A stretch of DNA of 64,000 nt from positions 67,139 to 131,138 of the forward strand of contig LCGL01000001.1 of the NCBI GenBank assembly GCA_000999715.1, written 5' to 3'. Position numbers and translations under genes: made by a program. Shown here in pieces: positions 9,247-18,510 of the stretch (positions within the stretch are counted from its first letter, which is position 1; each line of letters starts with the position of its first letter). The notes under the pieces are model-generated. The model was not told the DNA's origin. It saw only the letters and a list, made by a program, of their open reading frames with translations, and searched no databases. The stretch comes from Candidatus Falkowbacteria bacterium GW2011_GWF2_43_32 (GTDB taxonomy: Bacteria; Patescibacteriota; Patescibacteriia; Patescibacteriales; UBA12465).

Positions 9247-10200
9247 CTACGCCTTGAATCTTTTGACGCGGATAATTCCGGAAGTCGGAACGACGTTTAT
9301 TCCCCGCTTTTCCAATTCATCCAGCAACAAATTCATGCCCAAAGAATCGGAAGCCATATGGCCGGCGATAATAACATTGATATGATATTTTTCCGCTTCT
9401 CTGCGATGTTCCTCGCTCATGTGCATGCCGATAACCGTGCCGATCCCGTACTGCGACATTTTTTCGTATATATCTTTGGAGCCGTCCGTACCGCCGGTAA
9501 ATTCAGTCACTACGATTTTGCCGCAACTGCGCTCTCGGTCGCCGGCAAAAATCATCGGTCCGGCTTTCTTGGCTACGGCCGCCGCATATTCCGGGATAGC
9601 TTTCAGCAAATCAACCACCTCGCCCACGGTATCCAAATCTTTTTCTTTCTTCTTCAAAAGCTTCACCAAAAAATCCGCCCCCAAATTATCGGCCGGCGTA
9701 TGAACGCACATAAAATCCAAATCCAACAGTCGGGCCATATCCACCGCACGATCGTGATTGACCGGAGAAACACCACGACTCACTTCGCTGATGCGCGGTT
9801 TGATGACCGATTCGGCCACATTGATCGGCAGACCGTAATCGGCCAACACCTGAGCCTGCAAATGCATGACATCCGACAAATCGGCCAAAGCCCTTCCCTC
9901 GGGATGATGAGCGATGACCAAATCGATATCGCCCAATTGCTTGGCCAATAATAATTCCGGACCTTCCATATCAATGTCGACCAACACTTTTTTGACCGGT
10001 TTCATTCGACTATATAAAATTCGCGTATCCGAATACGGATTGGTCAATTTCTCCCGATCGAATTCAGCCCGCGCTTTTTGAGGCGCGTCTTCATAATTCT
10101 TTTTGATTCGCGCCAAATATTTTTTAACCGCGGCCGGACCGCGTAAATCGGCTTTGATGCCTAGATTAACGGCCAAGTCGTAAATTTGTTGAGTAGTCAT
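9247..10200 (-). CDS. NIF3-like dinuclear-metal-centre family protein (probable)
   Basis: 317 aa. The His-rich motif series (VIAHHPEG, CVHTPADN, IIAGHMASD) resembles NIF3/YbgI-family metal ligands. Confidence 0.55.
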   Translation of the reverse strand: MTTQQIYDLAVNLGIKADLRGPAAVKKYLARIKKNYEDAPQKARAEFDREKLTNPYSDTRILYSRMKPVKKVLVDIDMEGPELLLAKQLGDIDLVIAHHPEGRALADLSDVMHLQAQVLADYGLPINVAESVIKPRISEVSRGVSPVNHDRAVDMARLLDLDFMCVHTPADNLGADFLVKLLKKKEKDLDTVGEVVDLLKAIPEYAAAVAKKAGPMIFAGDRERSCGKIVVTEFTGGTDGSKDIYEKMSQYGIGTVIGMHMSEEHRREAEKYHINVIIAGHMASDSLGMNLLLDELEKRGINVVPTSGIIRVKRFKA

Positions 10201-10247
10201 AAATTTCGTCTAATCTTCATAAATTAGAATTTAGTTTTTACCGTCGT

Positions 10248-11048
10248 TTAAGCTTGCTTGTCGGTTTGAGTCTGATTGAGATTCTTTTTAAAACTGGTAA
10301 AAGCTTTTAAGATTTCCACCGGCGTGACAAAAACCACCGTGTTGGACTGATCGCTGGACATATCGTTGATGGATTGGAGCGTCCGCAAATGCAAGGCGCC
10401 GTCCGATTGCGCCAAAATGGCGGCGGCCTTGGAAATGTTTTCCGCCGCGGCCAGTTCGCCTTCGGAATTGATTATCACCGCGCGTTTTTCGCGTTCCGCT
10501 TCCGCTTGTTTGGCAATCGTTCTTTCCATCGATTCCGGCAAAGAAACATCTTTCAATTCCACATTATTCACTTTCAAACCCCAATTATCGGTTTCCTTAT
10601 CGACTATCTCCCTGATTTTTTCGGCAATCTTTTCCCGTTGACCGAGCAAATCGTCCAAAGTCACTTCGCCAACGATATTGCGCATCGTCGTCTGGGCATA
10701 TTGCGAAATGGCATAATAAAAATTTTCCACTTCAATCACCGCCTTTTCGGCTGCCGCCACCTTGTAATAAATAACGGCATTGACCATCACCGGTACGTTA
10801 TCGCGGGTAATCGCTTTCTGATCCGGCACGTCAACGGCTTTGACGCGCATATCCACCTTTTTATAAGTTTGAAAAATCGGAATCAAAATTTTCCAACCCG
10901 GTGTCATGATGCCGGAATACTTGCCCATCGTGAAACGGACGCCCCGCTCGTATTGATTGATCTGTTTCAACGTCGATAAAATCAAAATTCCGACGATGAT
11001 TAAAAATGTAATTGAACCTCCCATATGTTTAATGATTATGGCCGGCAA
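10248..11048 (-). CDS. SPFH/band-7 (stomatin-like) membrane protein
   Basis: 266 aa with an N-terminal TM helix followed by an SPFH core (YERGVRFTMGKY...VDMRV...TRDNV...V.YY) and a coiled-coil AEAEREKRA segment. Confidence 0.85.
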   Translation of the reverse strand: MPAIIIKHMGGSITFLIIVGILILSTLKQINQYERGVRFTMGKYSGIMTPGWKILIPIFQTYKKVDMRVKAVDVPDQKAITRDNVPVMVNAVIYYKVAAAEKAVIEVENFYYAISQYAQTTMRNIVGEVTLDDLLGQREKIAEKIREIVDKETDNWGLKVNNVELKDVSLPESMERTIAKQAEAEREKRAVIINSEGELAAAENISKAAAILAQSDGALHLRTLQSINDMSSDQSNTVVFVTPVEILKAFTSFKKNLNQTQTDKQA

Positions 11049-11060
11049 TCCGGCTGTTAA

Positions 11061-14000
11061 TTATTTTTTCTCGATTCCCAGTACCAATTTAACTCCCTCG
11101 ACTTTAATTTCTTTTTTGAATTCTGCCTTTATTTCTGACACAACCTCAAGGGATGACGAAAGTGTATCGCGCAGAATATCGTTCTTCATCTTTTCAATAT
11201 CGTCGGCCATGGCCGCGTCCGCACCGGAAATATAGACGACCGCTCTATCCTGAAGATTCAAACCGGCGTCTTTGCGGAGCAAATTTACGAAACGAATTAT
11301 TTCTCGCTTGGTTCCCTCTAATTTAAGTTCGGGAGTAATTTCCGTGTCCAAATCAACCTCAATTTCTTTCCCGTCTCCAACAATATTTTCCACGGTCTGA
11401 ACATTTAACTCGTCACTCACCAAAACAGAATACTCCGGCTCCATATTAGCCGCCATTTTAACCGTGACTTTGGCCAACATTTGTCTGATCTTGATTCCGG
11501 CCGCATCGCGCTTCGCCAAGCCGAGCTCGACAATGCGACGAACCAAAGCCATCTTGTCCAAAACCGCCTGATCAGTCTTCGCCGCTCCTTTTCCGACCGG
11601 CCAAGCCTCCAGATGAACCGACTGATTTTCATCTTGAAAATCATCAGCGCTCACTTTCTGCCAAAGAGTTTCCGCCATAAACGGCATAAAGGGCGCCATC
11701 AATTTTGCCAGTTCAATTAACACGTGTTTAGTCGTCGCTAAAGCCGCTTGCTTGTCCGCCTCGTCATCGGCTTTGAAGCGATCGCGACTGCGACGCAAAT
11801 ACCAAGTGGATAATTCATCAATAAAATCCGTTATCGGCCGCATCGCTTTCGGCAGATTATAGGCTTCCAGAGCATCGGTCATTTCTTTGATAAGCAAATT
11901 CAATTTCGCCAATATCCATTGATCCAAAACATTTTTACCGGCCACGATATTTTTATTGTCTCCCGCCGACGTTGGTCCATTTTCGGCCGTCGCAAACATT
12001 TCATAAAATTTATACACGTTCCACAGAACCATGATATTTTTGCGCAGAGATTCTTGCACGCCGGCTTCGGAAAAACTCAAATTTTCCGCGGCCATCACCG
12101 GCGAAGAGGACAGATAGGCGCGTAAAGCGTCCGAGCCATATTTGTCCATAATCAAAAAAGGATCGGGGTAATTTTTCAAACGCTTGCTCATCTTTTTGCC
12201 GTCTTCAGCCAAAGCAATGCCGTTAACGATCACATTTCGAAAAGCGTGCTTGCCAAAAATGCCGCCGGCAATGACATGCAAATAATAAAACCAAGCCCGG
12301 GTTTGATCCACTCCCTCGGCGATAAATTGCGCCGGAAAATTATGATCGAATTTTTCTTTGTTTTCCGTCGGGTAATGGAGCTGAGCGAAAGGCATGGAGC
12401 CGGATTCAAACCAACAATCCAGCACGTCGGGAATACGTTTCATCTCGCCGCCGCATTTAGAACATTTAAAAGTCAGGTTATCAACTTTGTCTTTATGAAT
12501 ATCGGTAATGGTTTGGCCGGTCAATTTTTCCAATTCCTCCACCCCGCCGACAACCCGGCGTTCGCCGCAAGCGCACTCCCAAATCGGAATCGCGCTCGCC
12601 CAAAAACGCTGGCGGGAAATGGACCAATCGCGCGCCCCTTCCAACCAATTGCCGAACCGGCCTTCTTTCAAATAATCGGGCGACCAATTGATATTCTTCG
12701 CGCTTTCCAGTAATTGTTCTTTTATTTTCGTCACCCCGACAAACCAGGAAGAAGTCGCGTAATTGATTAACGGCGTTTCACAGCGCCAGCAATGCGGATA
12801 ACTATGTTCATATTTAGCTTTGGCAAATAATAAACCTTGGCCGGCCAGATATTTGATGATTTCCACATCGGTCGCCGAGTGATTGTCAATCGGCTTGACG
12901 TGGAGGTCGGGAAAATCTTTCACTTCCGGCTTGAAAACGCCGTCCATGCCGACATGTTGAACGAACGGCAAATCATTATCCTTACCGAGCCGCATATCGT
13001 CTTCGCCGAAAGCGGGCGCGATATGAACGACGCCGGTGCCCTCTTCCGTAGTCACGAAATCGGCGGCATAAATTTTCCAACCGTTAGCGTGACCGGGTAA
13101 AGTTTGGTCGGAGGAATAGTAATTGAAAAGAGGTTGATATTTTAAACCAATCAAATCCGAACCCTTGATATCTTCATGAACAATCTCAATTTCCTTATCC
13201 TTAAAAACATCAGTAATGCGTTCAGTCGCCGCAATAAATAGTTCTGGAACATCCTTAATCCTTAAGGCCGTATATTTTATATCCTTCCCTACCGCCAAGG
13301 CGACGTTGCCGATTAAAGTCCAGGGCGTAGTCGTCCAGGCTAAAATATAAGCCGTATCCTTAGTTTCTTTGCCAACGCCGTATTTCTGACCGGCCTTCAA
13401 TTTGAATTTCGCCGTTACCGACAAATCCTTAACATCCTTATAGCCTTCGCTCACTTCCGATTGCGACAAAGTCGTTTCACAACGCGGACAAATATGCATG
13501 GAGCGGTAGTCCTTATAAATCAAGCCCTTATCCCAAAGTTGCTTGATGGCCCACCAGATGGAATCCATAAAATCCAAATCCATAGTCTTATAAGCGTTTT
13601 CCATATCGGCCCAACGACCGAGCCGACGAATAACTTTCTTCCATTCGTCAACGTAAGTCAGGACGCTTTTTCGGCAGAGATCGTTGAACTTTCCGATACC
13701 AAGAGCCACAATTTCCTTTTTGGTCTTCGTGCCCAATTCTTTTTCCACGATATTCTCCACCGGCAAACCGTGACAATCCCAACCCCATTTTCGATCGACA
13801 TGATAACCGCGCATGGTTTGATAACGCGGCACGATATCCTTCATTACGTTGGCGACGATATGACCGTAATGCGGCGTACCGGTCGCAAAAGGCGGCCCGT
13901 CATAAAAGACATAGTCGCCTTGCGGAGAATCTTTGCTCAAAGATTTATTGAAAATATCCGCGCTTTCCCAAAATTTCAAAACATCCTCTTCTCTTTCCGG

Positions 14001-14069
14001 AAAAGACCGATTTATTGTCGCCGTCGAATTATCATTTTGATTGGCTTGATTATTCTGCTCGTCAGACAT
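11061..14069 (-). CDS. ileS: isoleucyl-tRNA synthetase (type 2, eukaryote-like architecture)
   Basis: 1002 aa. HIGH-type motif PHYGHI, KMSKRLKN (KMSKS), the CP1 editing region and WFESGSMP are all present. Confidence 0.95.
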   Translation of the reverse strand: MSDEQNNQANQNDNSTATINRSFPEREEDVLKFWESADIFNKSLSKDSPQGDYVFYDGPPFATGTPHYGHIVANVMKDIVPRYQTMRGYHVDRKWGWDCHGLPVENIVEKELGTKTKKEIVALGIGKFNDLCRKSVLTYVDEWKKVIRRLGRWADMENAYKTMDLDFMDSIWWAIKQLWDKGLIYKDYRSMHICPRCETTLSQSEVSEGYKDVKDLSVTAKFKLKAGQKYGVGKETKDTAYILAWTTTPWTLIGNVALAVGKDIKYTALRIKDVPELFIAATERITDVFKDKEIEIVHEDIKGSDLIGLKYQPLFNYYSSDQTLPGHANGWKIYAADFVTTEEGTGVVHIAPAFGEDDMRLGKDNDLPFVQHVGMDGVFKPEVKDFPDLHVKPIDNHSATDVEIIKYLAGQGLLFAKAKYEHSYPHCWRCETPLINYATSSWFVGVTKIKEQLLESAKNINWSPDYLKEGRFGNWLEGARDWSISRQRFWASAIPIWECACGERRVVGGVEELEKLTGQTITDIHKDKVDNLTFKCSKCGGEMKRIPDVLDCWFESGSMPFAQLHYPTENKEKFDHNFPAQFIAEGVDQTRAWFYYLHVIAGGIFGKHAFRNVIVNGIALAEDGKKMSKRLKNYPDPFLIMDKYGSDALRAYLSSSPVMAAENLSFSEAGVQESLRKNIMVLWNVYKFYEMFATAENGPTSAGDNKNIVAGKNVLDQWILAKLNLLIKEMTDALEAYNLPKAMRPITDFIDELSTWYLRRSRDRFKADDEADKQAALATTKHVLIELAKLMAPFMPFMAETLWQKVSADDFQDENQSVHLEAWPVGKGAAKTDQAVLDKMALVRRIVELGLAKRDAAGIKIRQMLAKVTVKMAANMEPEYSVLVSDELNVQTVENIVGDGKEIEVDLDTEITPELKLEGTKREIIRFVNLLRKDAGLNLQDRAVVYISGADAAMADDIEKMKNDILRDTLSSSLEVVSEIKAEFKKEIKVEGVKLVLGIEKK

Positions 14070-14086
14070 AAAGTAAATAATTAATT

Positions 14087-14566
14087 TTATTCTTTATCTT
14101 TTTTATCTTTATTTCTAAACGTATCCATATTTCGAGACGGATCAATATCGCCCATCACATCTTTGTCGCCGCTGTACACTTCGGCCATTATTTCCTCCCA
14201 ACTTTTAGACGAACGGGTGGCAGAATCTTTTTGCTTGGCTTTTTTTGGCGCCGGGGCCGGTTTACGACCGGCTGGCGTTTGACGTAATTTTTTAATTTTC
14301 TCGTTTTTCAAGCGTTGGCCGCGCGTTGCTAAATCTGCTTCAAATCTTTCCCGATTGGCGACATCTTCCGCAAAAATCCGATCCGCTTCTTGCCTCTGCC
14401 ATTCTTCATCCCGATCTTCTTCCCAAGGATCAGTTTTTTCCGCCGTCTTCTCGACTTCCGCCTCCAAGTTTTCTTTGTCGACGGCCGAATTCTCGGTCGC
14501 TTCCGACCGCCTGGTCGCTTTGTCTCCGTCATCCGGAAAATTAATTTTTAAATTTTCCCAACTCAT
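14087..14566 (-). CDS. hypothetical highly charged low-complexity protein
   Basis: 159 aa rich in E/K/R/D, co-directional with and tightly packed between secA and ileS. No motifs recognised. Confidence 0.5.
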   Translation of the reverse strand: MSWENLKINFPDDGDKATRRSEATENSAVDKENLEAEVEKTAEKTDPWEEDRDEEWQRQEADRIFAEDVANRERFEADLATRGQRLKNEKIKKLRQTPAGRKPAPAPKKAKQKDSATRSSKSWEEIMAEVYSGDKDVMGDIDPSRNMDTFRNKDKKDKE

Positions 14567-14587
14567 ATGTTTAATGATTAAATAATT

Positions 14588-17314
14588 TTATTTCCCGCAA
14601 CATTTTTTATATTTTTGACCGCTACCGCAGGGACAGAGGTCATTTCGCCCGACCTTGTCGCCGCTCTCGTCTTTCATCTTTTCATGAACCAAATCAACCG
14701 TATTGCGTCCGCCGGCTTGTTTGTGCATTTCCTTGGCCGCACCGGAAAATTCCAAATTCCGCGTCGGTCGGTCGGCAAACATTTTCACTTCGCGATCGGC
14801 CGCCATCATCAAAGCGTCGCCGGTTTTATAAATGGAATAAACCACCTGTTTATTAATCAAATCATTCAATTCTTGATACAAACGGTATGCTTCTTTCTTA
14901 TACTCCACCAAGGGATCGCGTTGTCCGTAGCCGCGCAAACCGATGCCGCGGCGCAAATAATCCACGGTTTCCAGATGCTCCACCCACATTTCGTCCAAAG
15001 AACGAATTAAAAGACCCCTTTCCACTTCCCGAAAATCCAGACCGGCCGTTTTAAAATTATCGCCCAAAGTCGCATATTTTTTTTCCGCTTCGGTTGTCAG
15101 ATAAGCGATCATGTCCGCTTGAATAAGTTCATTTTTCTTGCCGGACTTAACCAAGTCCTCCAGTTGCGAACGCGTCTCCTCGGTAGCGGTCCAAATCGTC
15201 CGGACGGTTTCATATATTTCTTTCAGGTCCCAATCATCCAGACTGTCGGCCGCGGTATGAAAACCGACAACATTGGCGACGGTCGCGCACACCATGTTTA
15301 AAATAATATCCGTCAAAGATCGAGAAACATTTGGCTCCGCTTGTTCGGCTTGCTTGGCTTGCTCGGCAATTTCAATAATTTCCCGACGACGTTTATAAAT
15401 GGCCGTCCGATGTTTGTTGATTACGTCATCATATTCCACCAAATGTTTTCTGATATCAAAATTATTCCCTTCCACTTTTTTCTGAGCGCTTTCGATAGAA
15501 CGGGAAATTAATTTATTTTGAATCGGCATATCGACCGGAACGTTCATGGTTTTCATCAAATTTTTCATCCGATCGCCGCCAAAAATTCTCATCAAATCGT
15601 CCTCGGTGGAAACATAAAATTGCGAAGACCCCGGATCGCCTTGGCGTCCGGCACGACCGCGCAACTGGTTATCAATCCGTCGCGATTCATGACGCTCGGT
15701 GCCGATAACATGCAAACCGCCCAAATTGCGAACTTTTTCCTGTTCGGCGGCCACGGGCGGATTCCCTCCCAAAATAATATCCACACCGCGACCGGCCATA
15801 TTGGTCGCCAAAGTAATCGCTCCTTCCCGACCGGCTTGAGCGATTATCTCCGCTTCTTTCTGATGGTTTTTGGCATTCAATAAATTCGGTTTCAAACCTT
15901 CGCGCATCATCAATTCCGCCAAAATTTCATTTTTCTCGATGGAAATGGTGCCGACTAAAATCGGCTGACCCTGCTTGTTTCTTTCTTTGATATCGCGAAT
16001 GACCGCCTGAAATTTATCCAACTCCGTGCGATAAATAAAATCATTATTGTCCAAACGAATGTTCGGCTTATTGGTCGGGATAACGATCGTTTCTAATTTA
16101 TAAATCTTATGAAACTCCTCCGCTTCGGTTACGGCCGTACCGGTCATACCGGATAATTTATCGTACATGCGGAATAAATTTTGGAAAGTGATCGTCGCCA
16201 TGGTCTGCGATTCTTTTTGCACCTTAACGCCTTCTTTGGCTTCAATCGCTTGATGCAGGCCCTCGCTATAACGCCGTCCCGGCATCATGCGGCCGGTGAA
16301 CTCGTCAACGATAATAATTTCTCCGTCTTTGACCACATAATCTTTGTCGCGTTTGAACAAAACCCGCGCTTTCAAGGCTTGCTCCAAATGATGGACCTCT
16401 TTAACGCCGCCGGCCACATAAATATTTCCCAAACCGAGAATTTTTTCCACTTTATTGATGCCGTTTTCGGTCAAAGTGGCCGCTTTCATTTTTTCGTCGA
16501 CATTGTAATCTTCATTTTCTTCCAAGTGCTGGACAATCTGAGAAAATTTAAAATATTTGTCGGTTGATTCTTCGGCCGGCGCGCTGATAATCAACGGCGT
16601 TCGCGCTTCATCGATCAAAATGGAGTCTATTTCGTCCACAATCGCGTAACGCAAAGACCGTTGCACCGTCTGTTCTAAAGTATAAACCATGTTATCGCGC
16701 AAATAATCAAAACCGAATTCGTTATTGGTGCCATAGGTGATATCGCAATAATAAGCGTCCCGACGCGGAACTTTTTTAAAATGTTTTAAACGATCGTCAT
16801 ATTGTTCTTCGTCAATATATGCCGGATCATAAACATAAGCGCTGTCATGAACGATTACGCCGGTCGTCAATCCCAAAGCATAATAAACCGGCGCCATCCA
16901 ACCGGCGCCCAAACGAGCCAAATAATCGTTGACCGTAATCAAATGAACGCCTTTCTCTTCCAGGGCATTCAAATACAAAGGCAAGGTCGCCACCAAGGTT
17001 TTACCTTCACCGGTTTTCATTTCCGCAATCTGACCGCGATGCAAAACCAAACCGCCGATCAATTGAACGTCAAAATGCCGTTGATTCAAAATTCGGCGCG
17101 CCGCTTCTCTGACCGTCGCGAAAGCTTCCGGCAAAATATCGTCAAGCGATTGACCGTCGGCCAAACGCTTCTTGAATTCCGCGGTTTTTGTCCGCAACTC
17201 TTCCGGGCTCAATTTTTGCAAACCCGGCTCAAAACTGCCTATTTGTTCGATTGTAGGCCGCATCGCTTTAATTATTTTTTCATTGGGATCGCCGAATAAA
17301 TTCAAAAAATTCAT
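14588..17314 (-). CDS. secA: preprotein translocase ATPase SecA
   Basis: 908 aa. Walker A MKTGEGKT, DEAD-like VDEIDSILIDEARTPLIIS, and a C-terminal zinc-binding tail CPCGSGQKYKKCCG. Confidence 0.95.
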   Translation of the reverse strand: MNFLNLFGDPNEKIIKAMRPTIEQIGSFEPGLQKLSPEELRTKTAEFKKRLADGQSLDDILPEAFATVREAARRILNQRHFDVQLIGGLVLHRGQIAEMKTGEGKTLVATLPLYLNALEEKGVHLITVNDYLARLGAGWMAPVYYALGLTTGVIVHDSAYVYDPAYIDEEQYDDRLKHFKKVPRRDAYYCDITYGTNNEFGFDYLRDNMVYTLEQTVQRSLRYAIVDEIDSILIDEARTPLIISAPAEESTDKYFKFSQIVQHLEENEDYNVDEKMKAATLTENGINKVEKILGLGNIYVAGGVKEVHHLEQALKARVLFKRDKDYVVKDGEIIIVDEFTGRMMPGRRYSEGLHQAIEAKEGVKVQKESQTMATITFQNLFRMYDKLSGMTGTAVTEAEEFHKIYKLETIVIPTNKPNIRLDNNDFIYRTELDKFQAVIRDIKERNKQGQPILVGTISIEKNEILAELMMREGLKPNLLNAKNHQKEAEIIAQAGREGAITLATNMAGRGVDIILGGNPPVAAEQEKVRNLGGLHVIGTERHESRRIDNQLRGRAGRQGDPGSSQFYVSTEDDLMRIFGGDRMKNLMKTMNVPVDMPIQNKLISRSIESAQKKVEGNNFDIRKHLVEYDDVINKHRTAIYKRRREIIEIAEQAKQAEQAEPNVSRSLTDIILNMVCATVANVVGFHTAADSLDDWDLKEIYETVRTIWTATEETRSQLEDLVKSGKKNELIQADMIAYLTTEAEKKYATLGDNFKTAGLDFREVERGLLIRSLDEMWVEHLETVDYLRRGIGLRGYGQRDPLVEYKKEAYRLYQELNDLINKQVVYSIYKTGDALMMAADREVKMFADRPTRNLEFSGAAKEMHKQAGGRNTVDLVHEKMKDESGDKVGRNDLCPCGSGQKYKKCCGK

Positions 17315-17383
17315 ATCATTTTAATAATTTACCTGATATTACATAAAATAAACCAAAACAAAACAAGCTTTAGCTCTAACATT

Positions 17384-17411
17384 AGTATAATACGTATTGA
17401 CGATTAAATAA
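17384..17411 (-). promoter_or_regulatory. candidate secA promoter (TTATTT-16 nt-TATACT)
   Basis: Same extended motif as upstream of the U32 gene, about 70 nt upstream of the secA ATG. Confidence 0.35.
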
Positions 17412-17430
17412 ATATTGACTGATACATAAA

Positions 17431-17465
17431 AAAATGCCAAAAGGCTCCGTCAAATAAACGGAGCC
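17431..17465 (-). terminator. rho-independent terminator after nrdB
   Basis: Minus strand GGCTCCGT-ttatttg-ACGGAGCC followed by TTTTGGCATTTTTTT, 35 nt downstream of the nrdB stop. Confidence 0.6.
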
Positions 17466-17499
17466 TCTCTTTATAATCATCCGCTCGTCACGAGCGGTT

Positions 17500-18474
17500 T
17501 TAATGGGCGTGATTATCCACTTCATATTTGGTGTTCTGCGCTTCAAAAAAATTGACGAGTTCCAAAGTATCGGTTTCGGTCGCCATCCATTGCGCCGGAT
17601 TGGCGTCATGAAAATGAGGTTCAAAGCCCAGCTCTTCCAAGCGCCGATCGGCGATGTAGCGAACATACTGATTGACATAATCGGCGTTGATGCCGGAAAT
17701 GCCGCGCGGAAACAAATCTTTATTGTAAGCGTTTTCCAATTGAACGCCTTCAATGACAATCTGTTTTATTTCCTCGGCAAATTCAGTCGTGGCAATTTCC
17801 GGGTTCTCTTCCAGAATGGTCAAAATGAGATTCAAGCCGAACTTGAGATGCAAACTTTCATCGCGCACGACCCAGTCCACCATAGAAGCGAAATTTTTCA
17901 ATTGCTGTTTTTGGCGAAAACTGAGGGCCACCATGAAACCGCTGTAAAACCAAATGCCTTCCATGACAATATTGAAGGCCACCAAATTTCGCACCAAATC
18001 CTGTTTGCCGGCGGCACTCTCAATGTCCAAATTTTCCGTCATCCGTCCCAAATATTTGGCGATGAAAGCTTCCTTGGCTTTAATGGACGGAGTTTCCAAG
18101 TGAACATTGAAAGCTTTATCTTTATCCAGAGGAAAAGTTTCCAAAACATATTCAAAAGCCTGACAATGATTGGCCTCCTCCCACATTTGCTTGGCCAAAT
18201 ACAGATGCGCTTCCGGCGCTTTCAAATAAGGATAAACGCCCAAAGCCAAGGAGCGATTGACAATCAGTTCGGCCGGGTTGAAAAAGCTCATCAAAAAACT
18301 GACGGCATGCTTCTCGTCTTCGCTCATCTTTTTGAAATCTTCCAAATCTTCGCCCAAAGCGATTTCATGCGGAAACCAAGTATTGGCGACGGCTTGATTA
18401 TACAAATCATATGCCCACTGATAATGAATGGGCCGAAGATTCATGTCTTCTTCCAAAGGTTTTCCTAAAATCAT
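17500..18474 (-). CDS. nrdB: ribonucleotide reductase class I beta subunit
   Basis: 324 aa with ferritin-like di-iron ligand motifs (EEANHCQAF, MEGIWFYSGF, VRDESLH). Confidence 0.9.
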   Translation of the reverse strand: MILGKPLEEDMNLRPIHYQWAYDLYNQAVANTWFPHEIALGEDLEDFKKMSEDEKHAVSFLMSFFNPAELIVNRSLALGVYPYLKAPEAHLYLAKQMWEEANHCQAFEYVLETFPLDKDKAFNVHLETPSIKAKEAFIAKYLGRMTENLDIESAAGKQDLVRNLVAFNIVMEGIWFYSGFMVALSFRQKQQLKNFASMVDWVVRDESLHLKFGLNLILTILEENPEIATTEFAEEIKQIVIEGVQLENAYNKDLFPRGISGINADYVNQYVRYIADRRLEELGFEPHFHDANPAQWMATETDTLELVNFFEAQNTKYEVDNHAH

Positions 18475-18510
18475 ATGATTAAAATTAAAATTTATAATAC
18501 CAATTTATAG

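Noticed and set aside
17382-17759. 125-aa minus-strand ORF overlapping the 3' end of nrdB and the nrdB-secA gap.
   Set aside because: It overlaps nrdB in another frame and spans the terminator and promoter region. Its composition is implausible.
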